Shown: in pieces, positions 10,269-20,513 of the stretch
How the letters are laid out: each line of letters starts with the position of its first letter
Numbering within the stretch: position 1 is the first letter of the stretch
Source: an uncultured Planctomycetota bacterium
Lineage (GTDB): Bacteria; Planctomycetota; Planctomycetia; Isosphaerales; Isosphaeraceae
DNA length: 64,000 nucleotides
Assembly: GCA_963823665.1 (NCBI GenBank)
Contig: CAWGMQ010000008.1
Span: 928,001-992,000 of the forward strand
Reading direction: 5' to 3'
Program-made: the position numbers and the translations under genes
Notes under the pieces: generated by a model
Database searches by the model: none
Told to the model about the DNA's origin: nothing
What the model saw: only the letters and a program-made list of their open reading frames with translations

Positions 10269-11036
10269 TCACTCCCGCGCATGCTGAAGCCAGATGCCGC
10301 CGTCAACGCGAAGAATGCCCCCCGTGACGTAATCCGCATCGCTCGAGGCCAGAAACGCGGCCGCCTTGCCAATATCTTCGGCCGTTCCCAGCCGGCCCCA
10401 GGGCAGGGCGGCTCCCGCCCGGGCAAGGGCCTCTTCACTGAACGCTTCGTGCTCGCCGGGCGTGTCGATCCAGCCCGGCTCGATCACGTTCACGTTGATG
10501 CGGTGCGGCGTCAGCTCGCCGGCGATCGTCATGGCCATCAGGTTCAGCCCCCCCTTGGCCGAGTTGTAAGCGACGCTGCGCGCATAAGGCGTGTGCACAT
10601 GACAGCTCGAGATGAACACGATCTTCCCGCCTCCACCACGCTCGACCATCTGCCGCGCCACAAGCTGGCTCATGTGAAAGCCGCCGATCAGCGTCCCGTT
10701 GATGACCTTGGTGAATGTCTCCGCGTCGTAATTGAGGAATTCCTCGCGACGCTGAAATGCCGGGTTGCTGATCAAGATGTCGATGCGGCCGAGTGCATCC
10801 TTCGCACGCTCGACCACGCTTTCACACGCCCGCCGCTCGAAAACGTCTCCTTCCACAAGTGCGCGACGCCGGCCGAGCGCCGTGATCTCAGCAACGACCG
10901 CGAGAGCCTGCGGGGTGCGCTCGCGGTCATTGACCACAACGTCGGCACCGGCTCGTGCCAGCTCGATCGCACATCCCCTCCCGATGCCTCGCGCCGCGCC
11001 AGTCACGAGCGCCGTTTTTCCCAGGAGCTTCAGCAT
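10269..11036 (-). CDS. Short-chain dehydrogenase/reductase (glucose-1-dehydrogenase/FabG-like)
   Basis: TGAARGIG, YNSAKGG (YxxxK), PGWIDT, VDGG; GAGGAG RBS before ATG at 11036. Confidence 0.92.
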   Translation of the reverse strand: MLKLLGKTALVTGAARGIGRGCAIELARAGADVVVNDRERTPQALAVVAEITALGRRRALVEGDVFERRACESVVERAKDALGRIDILISNPAFQRREEFLNYDAETFTKVINGTLIGGFHMSQLVARQMVERGGGGKIVFISSCHVHTPYARSVAYNSAKGGLNLMAMTIAGELTPHRINVNVIEPGWIDTPGEHEAFSEEALARAGAALPWGRLGTAEDIGKAAAFLASSDADYVTGGILRVDGGIWLQHARE

Positions 11037-11494
11037 GCTCCTCGAAGCGAGCGACTCTCTCCAAGCAAGGTCGAATGTGCACGCGTCCACCTCGTAGATC
11101 CGTCTCGTGACTAGCTCGTCAAGAAGCGGATGCGGACCCAGCGGCGGCGCCAGGTGAAACTCGGTGCCGGCATGGCGGGCTTGCAGCTCGTCGCGCGCGG
11201 CGGTCAGATCGCGCTCGATGTGCACGCCGGCCGAAAGAAAATAGGGGATCATCAGCACCCGCCGCGCCCGCGCGCGACACAGCGATAACCACCGGAGGGC
11301 AAGTCGGGCTGGGCCAGCTCCAGGAAACTCCCCTCGACAATCGGGTAATCTCCCCGCGCCGCGATCCGCTTCACCAGTTCCACCAGGTCTTGGTTCGCAC
11401 TCTCCTGGCGGCTGCCGTGAGCAATCAGCAGGATGGCAGTCGCTTCCCCAGGCAAGCTCTCAGCCCGGCCATTCTCTTGCTCGTTCATGCTCAA
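11037..11494 (-). CDS. cbiX: Sirohydrochlorin chelatase CbiX/SirB family, frameshifted near 11268
   Basis: LIAHGSR, FLELAQP in one frame; PYFLSAGVHIERDL and PPLGPHP in the next frame. One G is missing from a G run. Confidence 0.8.
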
Positions 11495-11575
11495 TCCGGC
11501 CCCAACGCCACGTGCTCGATAGCAACTGGACTTTCAATGCGGTGCAACCGCCCCCTGAAACCCCAGGATAGCCGA

Positions 11576-14038
11576 TCAATCTCCGATCCGGCGAGACGAG
11601 GCCAGAAGCTGCTGGAGTACCTCATCCTTGGGCGGCTCGCACATGCGGGGCAAATCGATCCGCACACCGTGACTCGCATGACGCAAGAGCGGGCTCTCCG
11701 GAAATCGCACGGACACCTCGGGATTGCCGGGCCGGAAGCCATGTTCGAGCGCACGTTTCTGAATCGGCTCACTCATGAGAAACTTGAGAAACGCGGCCGC
11801 CGCCGTGCGCTGCCGCGAATCGCTCCAGGGGACGTCGAGAATGTAGAAGGGATGCTCATTCCAGATATTCGGCTCGGGATAGTCGACAAATAGCTCGCCC
11901 CAGCGGTCTTTGGCGGAATCCAGGTAATCAATCGCGAGGTTTTCATAAATTAGCAGGCAATCATACTGCGAGGGTCCGCGAAGCACCATCTCGCGCATCA
12001 GGGTGCCGGTGCTGTGGGTGAGCGAGCCCCCGGGTCGTGCCACGCCGCGCTCGAAACGTTCCATCCAGGCCTGAAAATCACCCTGCCCGACATCCGAGCT
12101 GCTCAGGCCGTGTTCCTTGTGAGTGAACTCGTAAGCCATGAGAACCAGTGCCAGCAACCCGCTGTTGGATCGACCCGGATGGGTGTGGCCGAACTTGAAT
12201 CGCCCCCATTCCGGATGGCCGGCGATCGCACCCCAACCCTCAGGTTCCCTCATCGCATCCGATATTGTTTGAAAATTAACCTTGGCATATTTTGTAAGAA
12301 GAGCCTTGCGGCGCGTTTCCCACATCACGAGCACCATCGGGGTGAGCGCCAGGTTCTCGCTCTTCAAGATTGGCGAGTTGCTGATGTTCCGGGCGCGCCA
12401 TTGCCGTTCGAAGTGGTCGCGGTAGGCGCTGCTGGCCGGCGACCAGACGTGGATCGGAGTCGACGCACTGTCCTCCAGCACGGCTCTAGCGCCTTCCATC
12501 GAGCCCATGCCCAGGAGGTTGATCGTGATCAGGCGGCCGGCCGGCGTGTTGCGAAACTCGGCAGTTGCCGCCTCCAGCCATTGCTGTTTTTCTGTGCCGT
12601 ACGCGATGTTGATCTCGACGGGCTCGACTTGCGGTGTGATCGCCGGCGATTGATTGGCCGCCTCGTTCGACAGGATCGCTCGATCCTGGCCGATCGGCGT
12701 GCTCGGGGCTAGCGGCGCGACGTGTTTCCCCAGCCCACGGCCCAGCATGATCCAGAGGACGACGGCGGAGCCAAGGACGCTCGCCGCGGCGATCGCCGAT
12801 TTCCTGCCCAGTGGCAGCCGAGCGCCGTGCCGATTCGCCCTGGTGGCCGGAAGGGGCTGGGCAAGGGAGGTGGCGGCTGAGGAGTCGACGTCTGCCTCGC
12901 CGTCGGGAGCGTGCAGAACAATCGCCGTCGACGATTCGTTTGATGAGCTTGCCCGTTCCACCAGCTTCAGTTGCAGGGTACTCGCAGAGAGTAGCGTGAC
13001 TTGCGATGTGGCCTGACATCGCACGCACTGAACTCGCCCACCCGCGTGCTCGCGCCCCACCGGCATCGGTGCCTGGCACGCCGGGCACGGCACGCGGCCC
13101 GGCTGGCCTCGTGACGTGGACCCAGCTCGAACACGATCAATTTCCGCAGAATCCGCCGAGGGAAGCGCGGCGATCAGCTCCTGCGCCAGCTCGACGCAGC
13201 TTGCGAATCGTTCCGCCGGATTCTTGGCAAGTCCGCGCAGGATTGCATCCGAAGCTCGCCTCGGGATTCCCGGAATCACGTCCTCAAGCGCGGGGGGAAC
13301 GACCATCGTCTGGTTGACCACCGTCGCCGATGGTGTCGGCCCTTCCATGCAGTTCGTGCCGGTAAGCGTTTCATGAACGGTCATCGCCAGAGAATACTGG
13401 TCGGCGCGCCCATCAAACTGGCGGCCCATCACGATTTCCGGGGCCACGTAATTGGGCGTCCCGACCAGAAAGCCCGGCGCGGTCAGAGAGTTGCTCTGGC
13501 CCACGGCTTCCTCGTTCGCCAGGGCCTTGATGATGCCAAAGTCACCCAGGAACGCGTTGCCGTGTCGATCGAACAGGATGTTCGCCGGCTTGACATCACG
13601 GTGAACGTGACTTTGTGCGTGCAAGAAATCGATCGCCTTGGCGATTTCCAGCAGCCAGCCCCGAAGCGACTGCGGCGACATCGGAGCCGCCCGCCCGCCC
13701 GGGCCGCCGCCGATCCGGTCTTTGAGACTTCCGCCGGCGAGGTACTCCATCACCACAAACGGATGGCCGCGCACCTCGCCCGCATCCAGCACCTTGACAA
13801 TGTGGGGATGGCTGAGCCGGATCAGCGAACGTACCTCGCGCTCGAAGCGGCCCGAAAACTCGGCGCCAGCAGGCGCCGTCTCATTCGCAATCGGAAACTT
13901 GACCACCACTTCGGTTTCAAGCCGGCAATCCGAGGCGAGATAAACCCGCCCCATGCTTCCCTGACCGATCCGGTCGACGATTCGATACCGTCCCTCAGCA
14001 ATCTCCAGTCCAATCCAGTCGTCGCTATTGGGTGTCAC
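11576..14038 (-). CDS. Ser/Thr protein kinase fused to a Zn ribbon, a TM helix and an extracellular solute-binding domain
   Basis: GQGSMG, VVVK, HRDVKPAN, DFG, GTPNYVAPE; CPAC...CVRC; hydrophobic helix; C-terminal IAYGTEK..W, WSPASS, GHTHPGRSNSG, STGTLM, YENL, DYP...HPF. Confidence 0.88.
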   Translation of the reverse strand: MTPNSDDWIGLEIAEGRYRIVDRIGQGSMGRVYLASDCRLETEVVVKFPIANETAPAGAEFSGRFEREVRSLIRLSHPHIVKVLDAGEVRGHPFVVMEYLAGGSLKDRIGGGPGGRAAPMSPQSLRGWLLEIAKAIDFLHAQSHVHRDVKPANILFDRHGNAFLGDFGIIKALANEEAVGQSNSLTAPGFLVGTPNYVAPEIVMGRQFDGRADQYSLAMTVHETLTGTNCMEGPTPSATVVNQTMVVPPALEDVIPGIPRRASDAILRGLAKNPAERFASCVELAQELIAALPSADSAEIDRVRAGSTSRGQPGRVPCPACQAPMPVGREHAGGRVQCVRCQATSQVTLLSASTLQLKLVERASSSNESSTAIVLHAPDGEADVDSSAATSLAQPLPATRANRHGARLPLGRKSAIAAASVLGSAVVLWIMLGRGLGKHVAPLAPSTPIGQDRAILSNEAANQSPAITPQVEPVEINIAYGTEKQQWLEAATAEFRNTPAGRLITINLLGMGSMEGARAVLEDSASTPIHVWSPASSAYRDHFERQWRARNISNSPILKSENLALTPMVLVMWETRRKALLTKYAKVNFQTISDAMREPEGWGAIAGHPEWGRFKFGHTHPGRSNSGLLALVLMAYEFTHKEHGLSSSDVGQGDFQAWMERFERGVARPGGSLTHSTGTLMREMVLRGPSQYDCLLIYENLAIDYLDSAKDRWGELFVDYPEPNIWNEHPFYILDVPWSDSRQRTAAAAFLKFLMSEPIQKRALEHGFRPGNPEVSVRFPESPLLRHASHGVRIDLPRMCEPPKDEVLQQLLASSRRIGD

Positions 14039-14177
14039 GGAACCGACCTTTGGCCGGATGGCGAGAACGTCTTGGAGGCAAAGCCCATTTCCTCAATTGC
14101 AATCGACCTCGATGGAGAAACCGTGAAGGAACCGCGAAGAACAGATTCAGACTGGAGTTTCCTACCATCCGCCCACC

Positions 14178-16733
14178 TTAGTGCCTCGGAATCACAAACG
14201 CCGCCCGCACGGGTGGCGGCATGATCGCATCTGCGCCCTTGACGGCTTTCCAGATGATCTCATTGAAGAGCAGGTCGTCAGCACGGTCCTCCACCTCCAG
14301 GTCGAGCCTCGCCGAGACCTCGGCCATCGGCGCGGTTCGCGTATTTTTCGCCTTGATGTCGACCTTGGCCGGCCGGTGAACGTAGGGAGTGAAGTCGGCC
14401 GTGGTCGCGAATGAAGCGTACATCGGCCGCGCCGCCGCGTCGAACTGCGACATCGGCTCGAGCCCCAGGATCAGCTCCATCGTGCGCAGCATCGACGCCG
14501 TGCTGTACAGCGTCGAATCGACCGTATGCCGCTTGATGTACGGGCTGATGGCCAGGGCGACCGTCCGGTGCGCATCGACGTGGTCCGATCCGTTTTGCGC
14601 GTCGTCTTCAACCACGAAGATCGCCATCTGCTTCCAGAAACGGCTTTTCGACAGGCCCTCGACAAGCTGCCCGAGCGCCAGGTCGTTGTCGCCCACGCAT
14701 GCCGTGACCGTCCACCGGCCCGGTGAAGTGCCCGAAGTATGGTCGTTCGGCAGTCGGATGACCGAGAGCTGGGGCATCTCGCCGGCCTTCTCGAATCCCG
14801 CCAGCTCCTCGAGGAAGCGCTCGGTACGCTTCACATCAGGATAGTCCATGTCGAAACCGCGAAACATCGGGTCAAAGTGGCCCTCGAGCGCTTTGACTTT
14901 TGCCGTCCCGGGGTCGCGCGCAGTCCGGCCATTCTCCACCCACTCGCCGTAGCTGCGGTAGCTCACTCCTTTGGCGGCCGCCTTGTCCCACAAGTATCCC
15001 CCGGCCGGCCGCGCGGCCTCGTCGTGAGCACCTTCCGCCGGATAAGGAACGCGGCGATCGCCCCGGTAGCCCAGCGGCCACAGCCGCTCCACGAAGTCGG
15101 TCGCATAAGCGCCCATCGTCCATTCGTGTCCGTCGGCGCTGACCTCGCTCTCGACGTAGAAGTTGTCCAGCAGCACGAATTCCTTCGCCAGAGCATGGTG
15201 GTTGGGCGTGGTCGACTCGGGAAACAGGCAGAGGTTCGCTTCGCCGTTGCCCTGTTTCATATCGCCGAAGACTTGATCATAAGTCCGGTTTTCCTTGATG
15301 ATGTAAACCACGTATCGAATCGGCGACGGCGCTCCCACTTTCGCCGGAATCGGGTGCCCTTGCGCCGGGGCTGCGCCCGTAACCGACGTCGGGTCTCCTT
15401 GCTTGAGCGGGCTGCATTCATACACCGTCTGTGAATACGCAGCCATCTGCCTGGCCGCTGGCATGGGGATGAGCGAGAGCGTCCCCTGGAACAGCCCGCC
15501 GATGTACTCCTGCATCGGGTTGCGCCCGCCGGCAAATCCCGGCCGAGGGCCGTCGCGATTGGCCCGCGAGCTTCCTCCCTTGCCGTTGGCCACGAAGATC
15601 GACTTCCCGTCTCCCGACAGCCGGACCGAGGTGGGGTGCCACCCCGTCGGGATGAAGCCCAGCGGCGCGCTCCCGCCCGGGTCCTTTACATTCACGACCG
15701 CCAGGTTGTTGGTATTGGCGTTGGATACCAGCAGCAGTGACTCGTCCGGCGAGAGCGCCAGCGAGCTGGGCGTGCTTCCCGGCGGGGCCTTGGGGTCGAT
15801 CGCCGTGCCGATTGTCTCGATCGCCTTCCCGCCCTCGGTGTCGATCACGGTCACCGTGTTGCGATTCGCGTTGGCCACGAACAGGATCTTCCCCCCGTGC
15901 GCCAGAAGCATTTCGTTGGGATGCTCCTGGGCTGCCCACTGAGTGTGTAACGCGAACGCCTGCGTATCCACCACGGCGACCCTGGCCTTGCTCCAGAGGC
16001 TCACATACAAGCGGTTGTGGTTCTCGTCGAGCGCGAGTCCATAGGGATAACTCCCCGCATCGAGCGCGATTTCATCGCGAAACGCGCCCGACTCGGCATC
16101 GAACCGCCCCACCGAGTGTCCGAACGCCGCCGCCACGTACAGCGTCTTGCCGTCCTTCGAAAGCGCCAGGCCCGCCGGCACATGGCGGTTCTCGCCCGCG
16201 GTTCTCGAATAGCTCAGTATGTTCTTCCTCGAAAGCAGCCCCTCCGCCTGTTCAAACCGGTAGATCTTGTCGTCAAACCCGCCGCCAACGAAGAGCTGCT
16301 TGCCGTCGTGCGACCAGACGAGTCCGCTGAAGCTCGACGGAAATGAGACCCGGCCAATGATCTTGCCAGTCGTCGCGCTCGCGGTCACGACCTCGTGCTC
16401 GCCATAGCCGGCGTGCAGAATTGCCAGGATCGGTTCCGAAGGATGCACCGCGATCTGCACCGGCAGATCCCCCAGGCGCACTTGTCGTCCAGCCGGTTTG
16501 AGCGACCAGCCGTTCGGAAGAACAACCGTTCCCGCTCGCGTCATGCCCGGCCAGACGATCTTCTCTTTCGCGGTCAGCCCGCTCGCGCCCTGTTCTTCCC
16601 CTTCGGTTGCATGGTCGGCAGCCTTGGTGCGCGGCTGCTGGGCCTCTGGCTCAGACTTCGGCTTCTCCTGGGCCCGTGCCGGGCTGAGACTGGCGACGGC
16701 AACCAAAAATGCGATCGGAAAGAGACGCGGCAT
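14178..16733 (-). CDS. YVTN/YncE beta-propeller + phosphoesterase (alkaline-phosphatase-like) bifunctional protein
   Basis: Signal peptide, LPNGWSLKPAG, repeated LYV/LFVAN-x-V-VID blades, YIIKENRTYDQVFGD, SADGHEW, LPNDHT, EDDAQNGSDHVDAHR. Confidence 0.9.
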   Translation of the reverse strand: MPRLFPIAFLVAVASLSPARAQEKPKSEPEAQQPRTKAADHATEGEEQGASGLTAKEKIVWPGMTRAGTVVLPNGWSLKPAGRQVRLGDLPVQIAVHPSEPILAILHAGYGEHEVVTASATTGKIIGRVSFPSSFSGLVWSHDGKQLFVGGGFDDKIYRFEQAEGLLSRKNILSYSRTAGENRHVPAGLALSKDGKTLYVAAAFGHSVGRFDAESGAFRDEIALDAGSYPYGLALDENHNRLYVSLWSKARVAVVDTQAFALHTQWAAQEHPNEMLLAHGGKILFVANANRNTVTVIDTEGGKAIETIGTAIDPKAPPGSTPSSLALSPDESLLLVSNANTNNLAVVNVKDPGGSAPLGFIPTGWHPTSVRLSGDGKSIFVANGKGGSSRANRDGPRPGFAGGRNPMQEYIGGLFQGTLSLIPMPAARQMAAYSQTVYECSPLKQGDPTSVTGAAPAQGHPIPAKVGAPSPIRYVVYIIKENRTYDQVFGDMKQGNGEANLCLFPESTTPNHHALAKEFVLLDNFYVESEVSADGHEWTMGAYATDFVERLWPLGYRGDRRVPYPAEGAHDEAARPAGGYLWDKAAAKGVSYRSYGEWVENGRTARDPGTAKVKALEGHFDPMFRGFDMDYPDVKRTERFLEELAGFEKAGEMPQLSVIRLPNDHTSGTSPGRWTVTACVGDNDLALGQLVEGLSKSRFWKQMAIFVVEDDAQNGSDHVDAHRTVALAISPYIKRHTVDSTLYSTASMLRTMELILGLEPMSQFDAAARPMYASFATTADFTPYVHRPAKVDIKAKNTRTAPMAEVSARLDLEVEDRADDLLFNEIIWKAVKGADAIMPPPVRAAFVIPRH

Positions 16734-16867
16734 GAATCGGTCCTCTCGCTCAACTGAATGAGATCCCCGGCGCGTGCGTTCTGCGCACTGACTCACCAGA
16801 GTAACGGGATGGTTTCGCCGAAGCCACCCCCGAGACGGACGTTCATGGATACTTCAAGAACGGTCCA

Positions 16868-18375
16868 TCAACGTTCCGTGGCCTTGCCGTCGTCGAGTTT
16901 CTGAATCTCATCCTGGAGCGATTTCATCAGCTCGTCGATTTTCTTCATTCGATCATTGCTCGAGCGGGGTGGGAATGGTGGCTTCGCCCGTGCGGAATCC
17001 GGCAGCGCAATGGTGATCCGCGTGTCGCCGGCAGCGTGCTCATCGTAAGCGTAAGGGCTTTTCAGTCGCCGGAGATTCCGGAGTAGGCTCGCAATTTCAT
17101 CATGGGCTTCTTTCGGGCACCTGATGACGATGCTGATGGTGAGGAAAAATGGAACCATGACATTCTGGCGGGTGGAAGTCGTGGCCCCGCGACGATTCGC
17201 CCTGGGTGGCAGCTCATTCCCACGGTCGTCTTGAACGACCCATGTTCCCGGCGCGACCGTCGTCTCGATCAGGTCAACCAGAGGCGTCAGATCATAAATG
17301 TGCTGTGCCCCAAGCGTGGAGCCCTCGCGCGCCGCTGGCTGATCTGCCGGCTTCGCCGTGACGATGTCACCGACGTAATATGTCTTCGGGAAGGCCCCAT
17401 TCGCATCCTTTCCGGGTAAAGCACCGATGCGGCGCGCGTCCGGGCCGAGCGGCCTTGGGTCATAGAACCCATCTTCTTCCAGTATCACCGGCTTCGGTGT
17501 CTGGCCGAACAGGTTCGCGCGCTCGAGCATCGCATACGATAGTGCCCCGACAGTCAGACAGCCGGCCAGGGCGACAAACTTCTTGATTTTTGACACGTTT
17601 AGAATTCCTCCGAGAATGGTAGCGAGTGACGTGATCTGTCCAGTTCTACTGTATCGAACTGCTTCAAACATCGCGTGCAGGATGGATGTGAGCAGGGAAT
17701 CCGGTAGTCGAGAACCGGCCGCGGCGCTGCCGCTTGACTCCAGAAGTCCGGCCAGCGCCGCTGCCGACAGCGTGATCCCGCGACGCGTGATGCGCCGATG
17801 CAGGAGATTTCGACCTCGCGCCAATCTGCTGCGCACCGTTCCAACCGGACAGTCGAGCTGGCGAGCGGCCAGATCATGCGTCAGCCCTTCGAGGTAACAG
17901 AGCACCAGCGGCGCACGCAGCCGTTCGGGAAGCCGGCTGAGCTCGGCGTGGATGACACGCGGAATCTCCGAAGAGCCCTCGGTGGGCGAGTAGCTGGCTT
18001 CGGGTAGCTCGCGTGTTTGGCATTCGCGAGCGCACTGCGCTCGCCGATTCGCGCGGCGCGGGCGGCCACGCGACCGGCAACCGTGTAGAGCCACGGCCCG
18101 AGTGACCCTTCGACGCGAATGAATCTCGCCTTGCGAACGAGCACCAGAAACACCGCCTGCACCGCGTCCTCGACATCATGCGGATCAAACAGCATCTGCC
18201 GGCACACGTTCCGCACCATCGCCCCGTGGCGATAGAGAATCGCTTCAAACGCCGTCTCGTCGCGATCTTCAATGAACCGCTCGAGCACCAGCCGGTCCGA
18301 CATCCCCGCGAGTGTTCCATCGCGGAACACCCGGGCGACCTGGCTCGCGGCGGTAGCGGTCAATCCATTTCCCAT
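16868..18375 (-). CDS. ECF sigma-70 factor with TM helix and C-terminal secretin-N-like extension (copy 3); frameshift near 18055
   Basis: Sigma2 (SDRLVLERF, AFEAILYRHGAMV, DVEDAVQAVFLVL) and sigma4 (LPERLRAPLVLCYLEGLTHDLAARQLDCPVGTVRSRL) lie in adjacent frames. Confidence 0.85.
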
Positions 18376-18397
18376 CAGCGCGGATCCTTCCTTGCGT

Positions 18398-20482
18398 TCA
18401 CCGGATGTTCCTGTCGAACGATTCAAGGGCCGCTGGCACCCGGGTCTTGACCTTGACACCCGCCATATCCTCGGTCCCATCGGGCAGATCGTCGTGCGAG
18501 ACGATGGCCTTACACGTCGCCAGTCTCGGCGCTTCGCCTGTGGCCTTGACGCGAAAGCCAAAGACCATGACCGTGCCCGGCTCCATCTTGGCGATCTGAG
18601 AAAACTTGAGCATGCGCTTGCTCTGGTCGGTCAAAACGTTGACGTCGTTCTGCATGGCCGCAGCCGAAACCACTTCGAGGTTGGGGGAAAGATTGGCCGT
18701 AAGTTGCAGGTTCGTCGCTGGCTTGTTTCCGTAATTCGCGAGACGGATCTCGAACATCGTTGTATCCGAGACCCCGATAACACGTTTTGATTCGCTTACG
18801 AGAATGTCGATGTCAGGTTTGCTCGCGACGTTGGTGCCTTCCGCCTCGCGATCGCCGCGCGGGCCCTGGAGTCGCCTCAAGCAACGAAGGAAGTCTGCGA
18901 CATCATCGTGGACGTCTTCGGAGCTTTTGATGATCAGGCTCAGCGAAAGATGGAAGGGAACCATGATGTTGCGCTGTTCTTCGGGGATGGCCGCACGGGT
19001 AGACTTCTTGCTGGGGACGACATGCCCGTATCCATCTTGAACCTGCCACGTCCCGCGCGCGACTGAAAATTCGATCAGCTCCATCAGCGGCATCATATCG
19101 ATTTTCGATTGCACACCCTCTGCAGGTGTCGTGCCGGTCTGCTTTTGAGTGGACGGCTTTATCAGCAGGTCACCCACGTAATAGGTCCTGGGATAACGCA
19201 CTTTCGCGCCCATCGCCCCCGCCTCCGGGCCCGTGATCAAGACCACTTCGTCTTCCAGCTTGTAGGTCAGACCGAGCGGGTTGAGCAAGAGCTTGAGCGC
19301 GGTCCTGAGCGTGACCTGTTTGAGCCTCAAGGTTACGGGCGACGACGAGGTCAATCCCGCTTCACTCAGCGCCTTGGGGTCGAGAACGATATTCAGACCC
19401 GTGGTGGCCTGGAGGAAACCGATCGCATCGGCTAGCGGTTGCTGGTCAATGTTGAACGAGAACCTTGTCATCGAGTTTCGACTCGATCGCCTGCAGGCGT
19501 GGGTCTTCCTTGGGCTCGGGCTTGGTGTTCGTCTCGGGCCGTCTGCGAGTGAAGTCCAGCGAACCGGATCCGGCGGCGACCTGGCTCTCTTGCGATTCCT
19601 GCACCGGCGTGTGCCCGACAGTCGTCCGCCCGACAACAGCAGTCGCAATGCCCCCCACGGAAATCACGGCCGCCAGAATCGCAATCTTCTTGAAGTGTGA
19701 CACGCCCAAGGCTCCTTCCAGAATCGTCGCAAGCGACGTGAATAATCCGATTCCCGTGTGCAAAACAGTTTTGAGCGCCGCGCCCGTGATGGACTCGACC
19801 ATCGCCACCGGCAAGCGAGAAGAAATGGCGGCCTTGGCGTTTGATTCCAGCAGCGCTCCAAGCCCCGCCGCCGACAGCGTGATCCCGCGACGCGTGATGC
19901 GCTGATGCAAAAGGCTTCGCGCCTGCGCCAGCCGGCTCCGCACGGTTCCGACCGGGCAATCAAGCTGACGAGCGGCCAGGTCGTGCGTCAGCCCTTCGAG
20001 GTAGCACAACACCAGGGGCGCCCGTAGCCGCTCCGGAAGCCGGCCCAGCTCGTCGTGAATGACGCACGGAATCTCGCAAGCATCCTCCATCGGCGAGTAG
20101 CACGCTTCCGGTATCTCGCGTGCTTGACATTCGCGCGCCCACCGCGTTCGCCGGTTCGCCCGGCGCGGGCAGCCACCCGCCCGGCAACCGCATACAGCCA
20201 CGGCCCGAGCGACCCGTCGATACGAATGAACCTCGCCTTGCGAACCAGGACCAGAAACACCGCCTGAACGGCGTCGTCGACGTCGTGCGGATCAAACAGC
20301 ATCTGCTTGCACACGTTCCGCACCATTGCCCCATGTCGATAGAGGATCGCTTCGAACGCCGTCTCGTCGCGATGCGCGATAAACCGCTCGAGCACCTGCC
20401 GGTCCGACATCCCCGCCAGGGTCCCATCGCGGAACACCCGTGCGACCTGCATCGCGGAGCGTGCGGGCAATCCATTTACCAT
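18398..20482 (-). CDS. ECF sigma-70 factor with TM helix, STN/secretin-N-like and DUF11-like extension (copy 2); frameshifts near 20162 and 19461
   Basis: Three ORF fragments (19988-20482, 19446-20201, 18398-19648) join into one protein paralogous to its neighbours. Confidence 0.85.
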
Positions 20483-20513
20483 TTGCCAGTCCCTGCTGCG
20501 CCACGCAGCGAAT

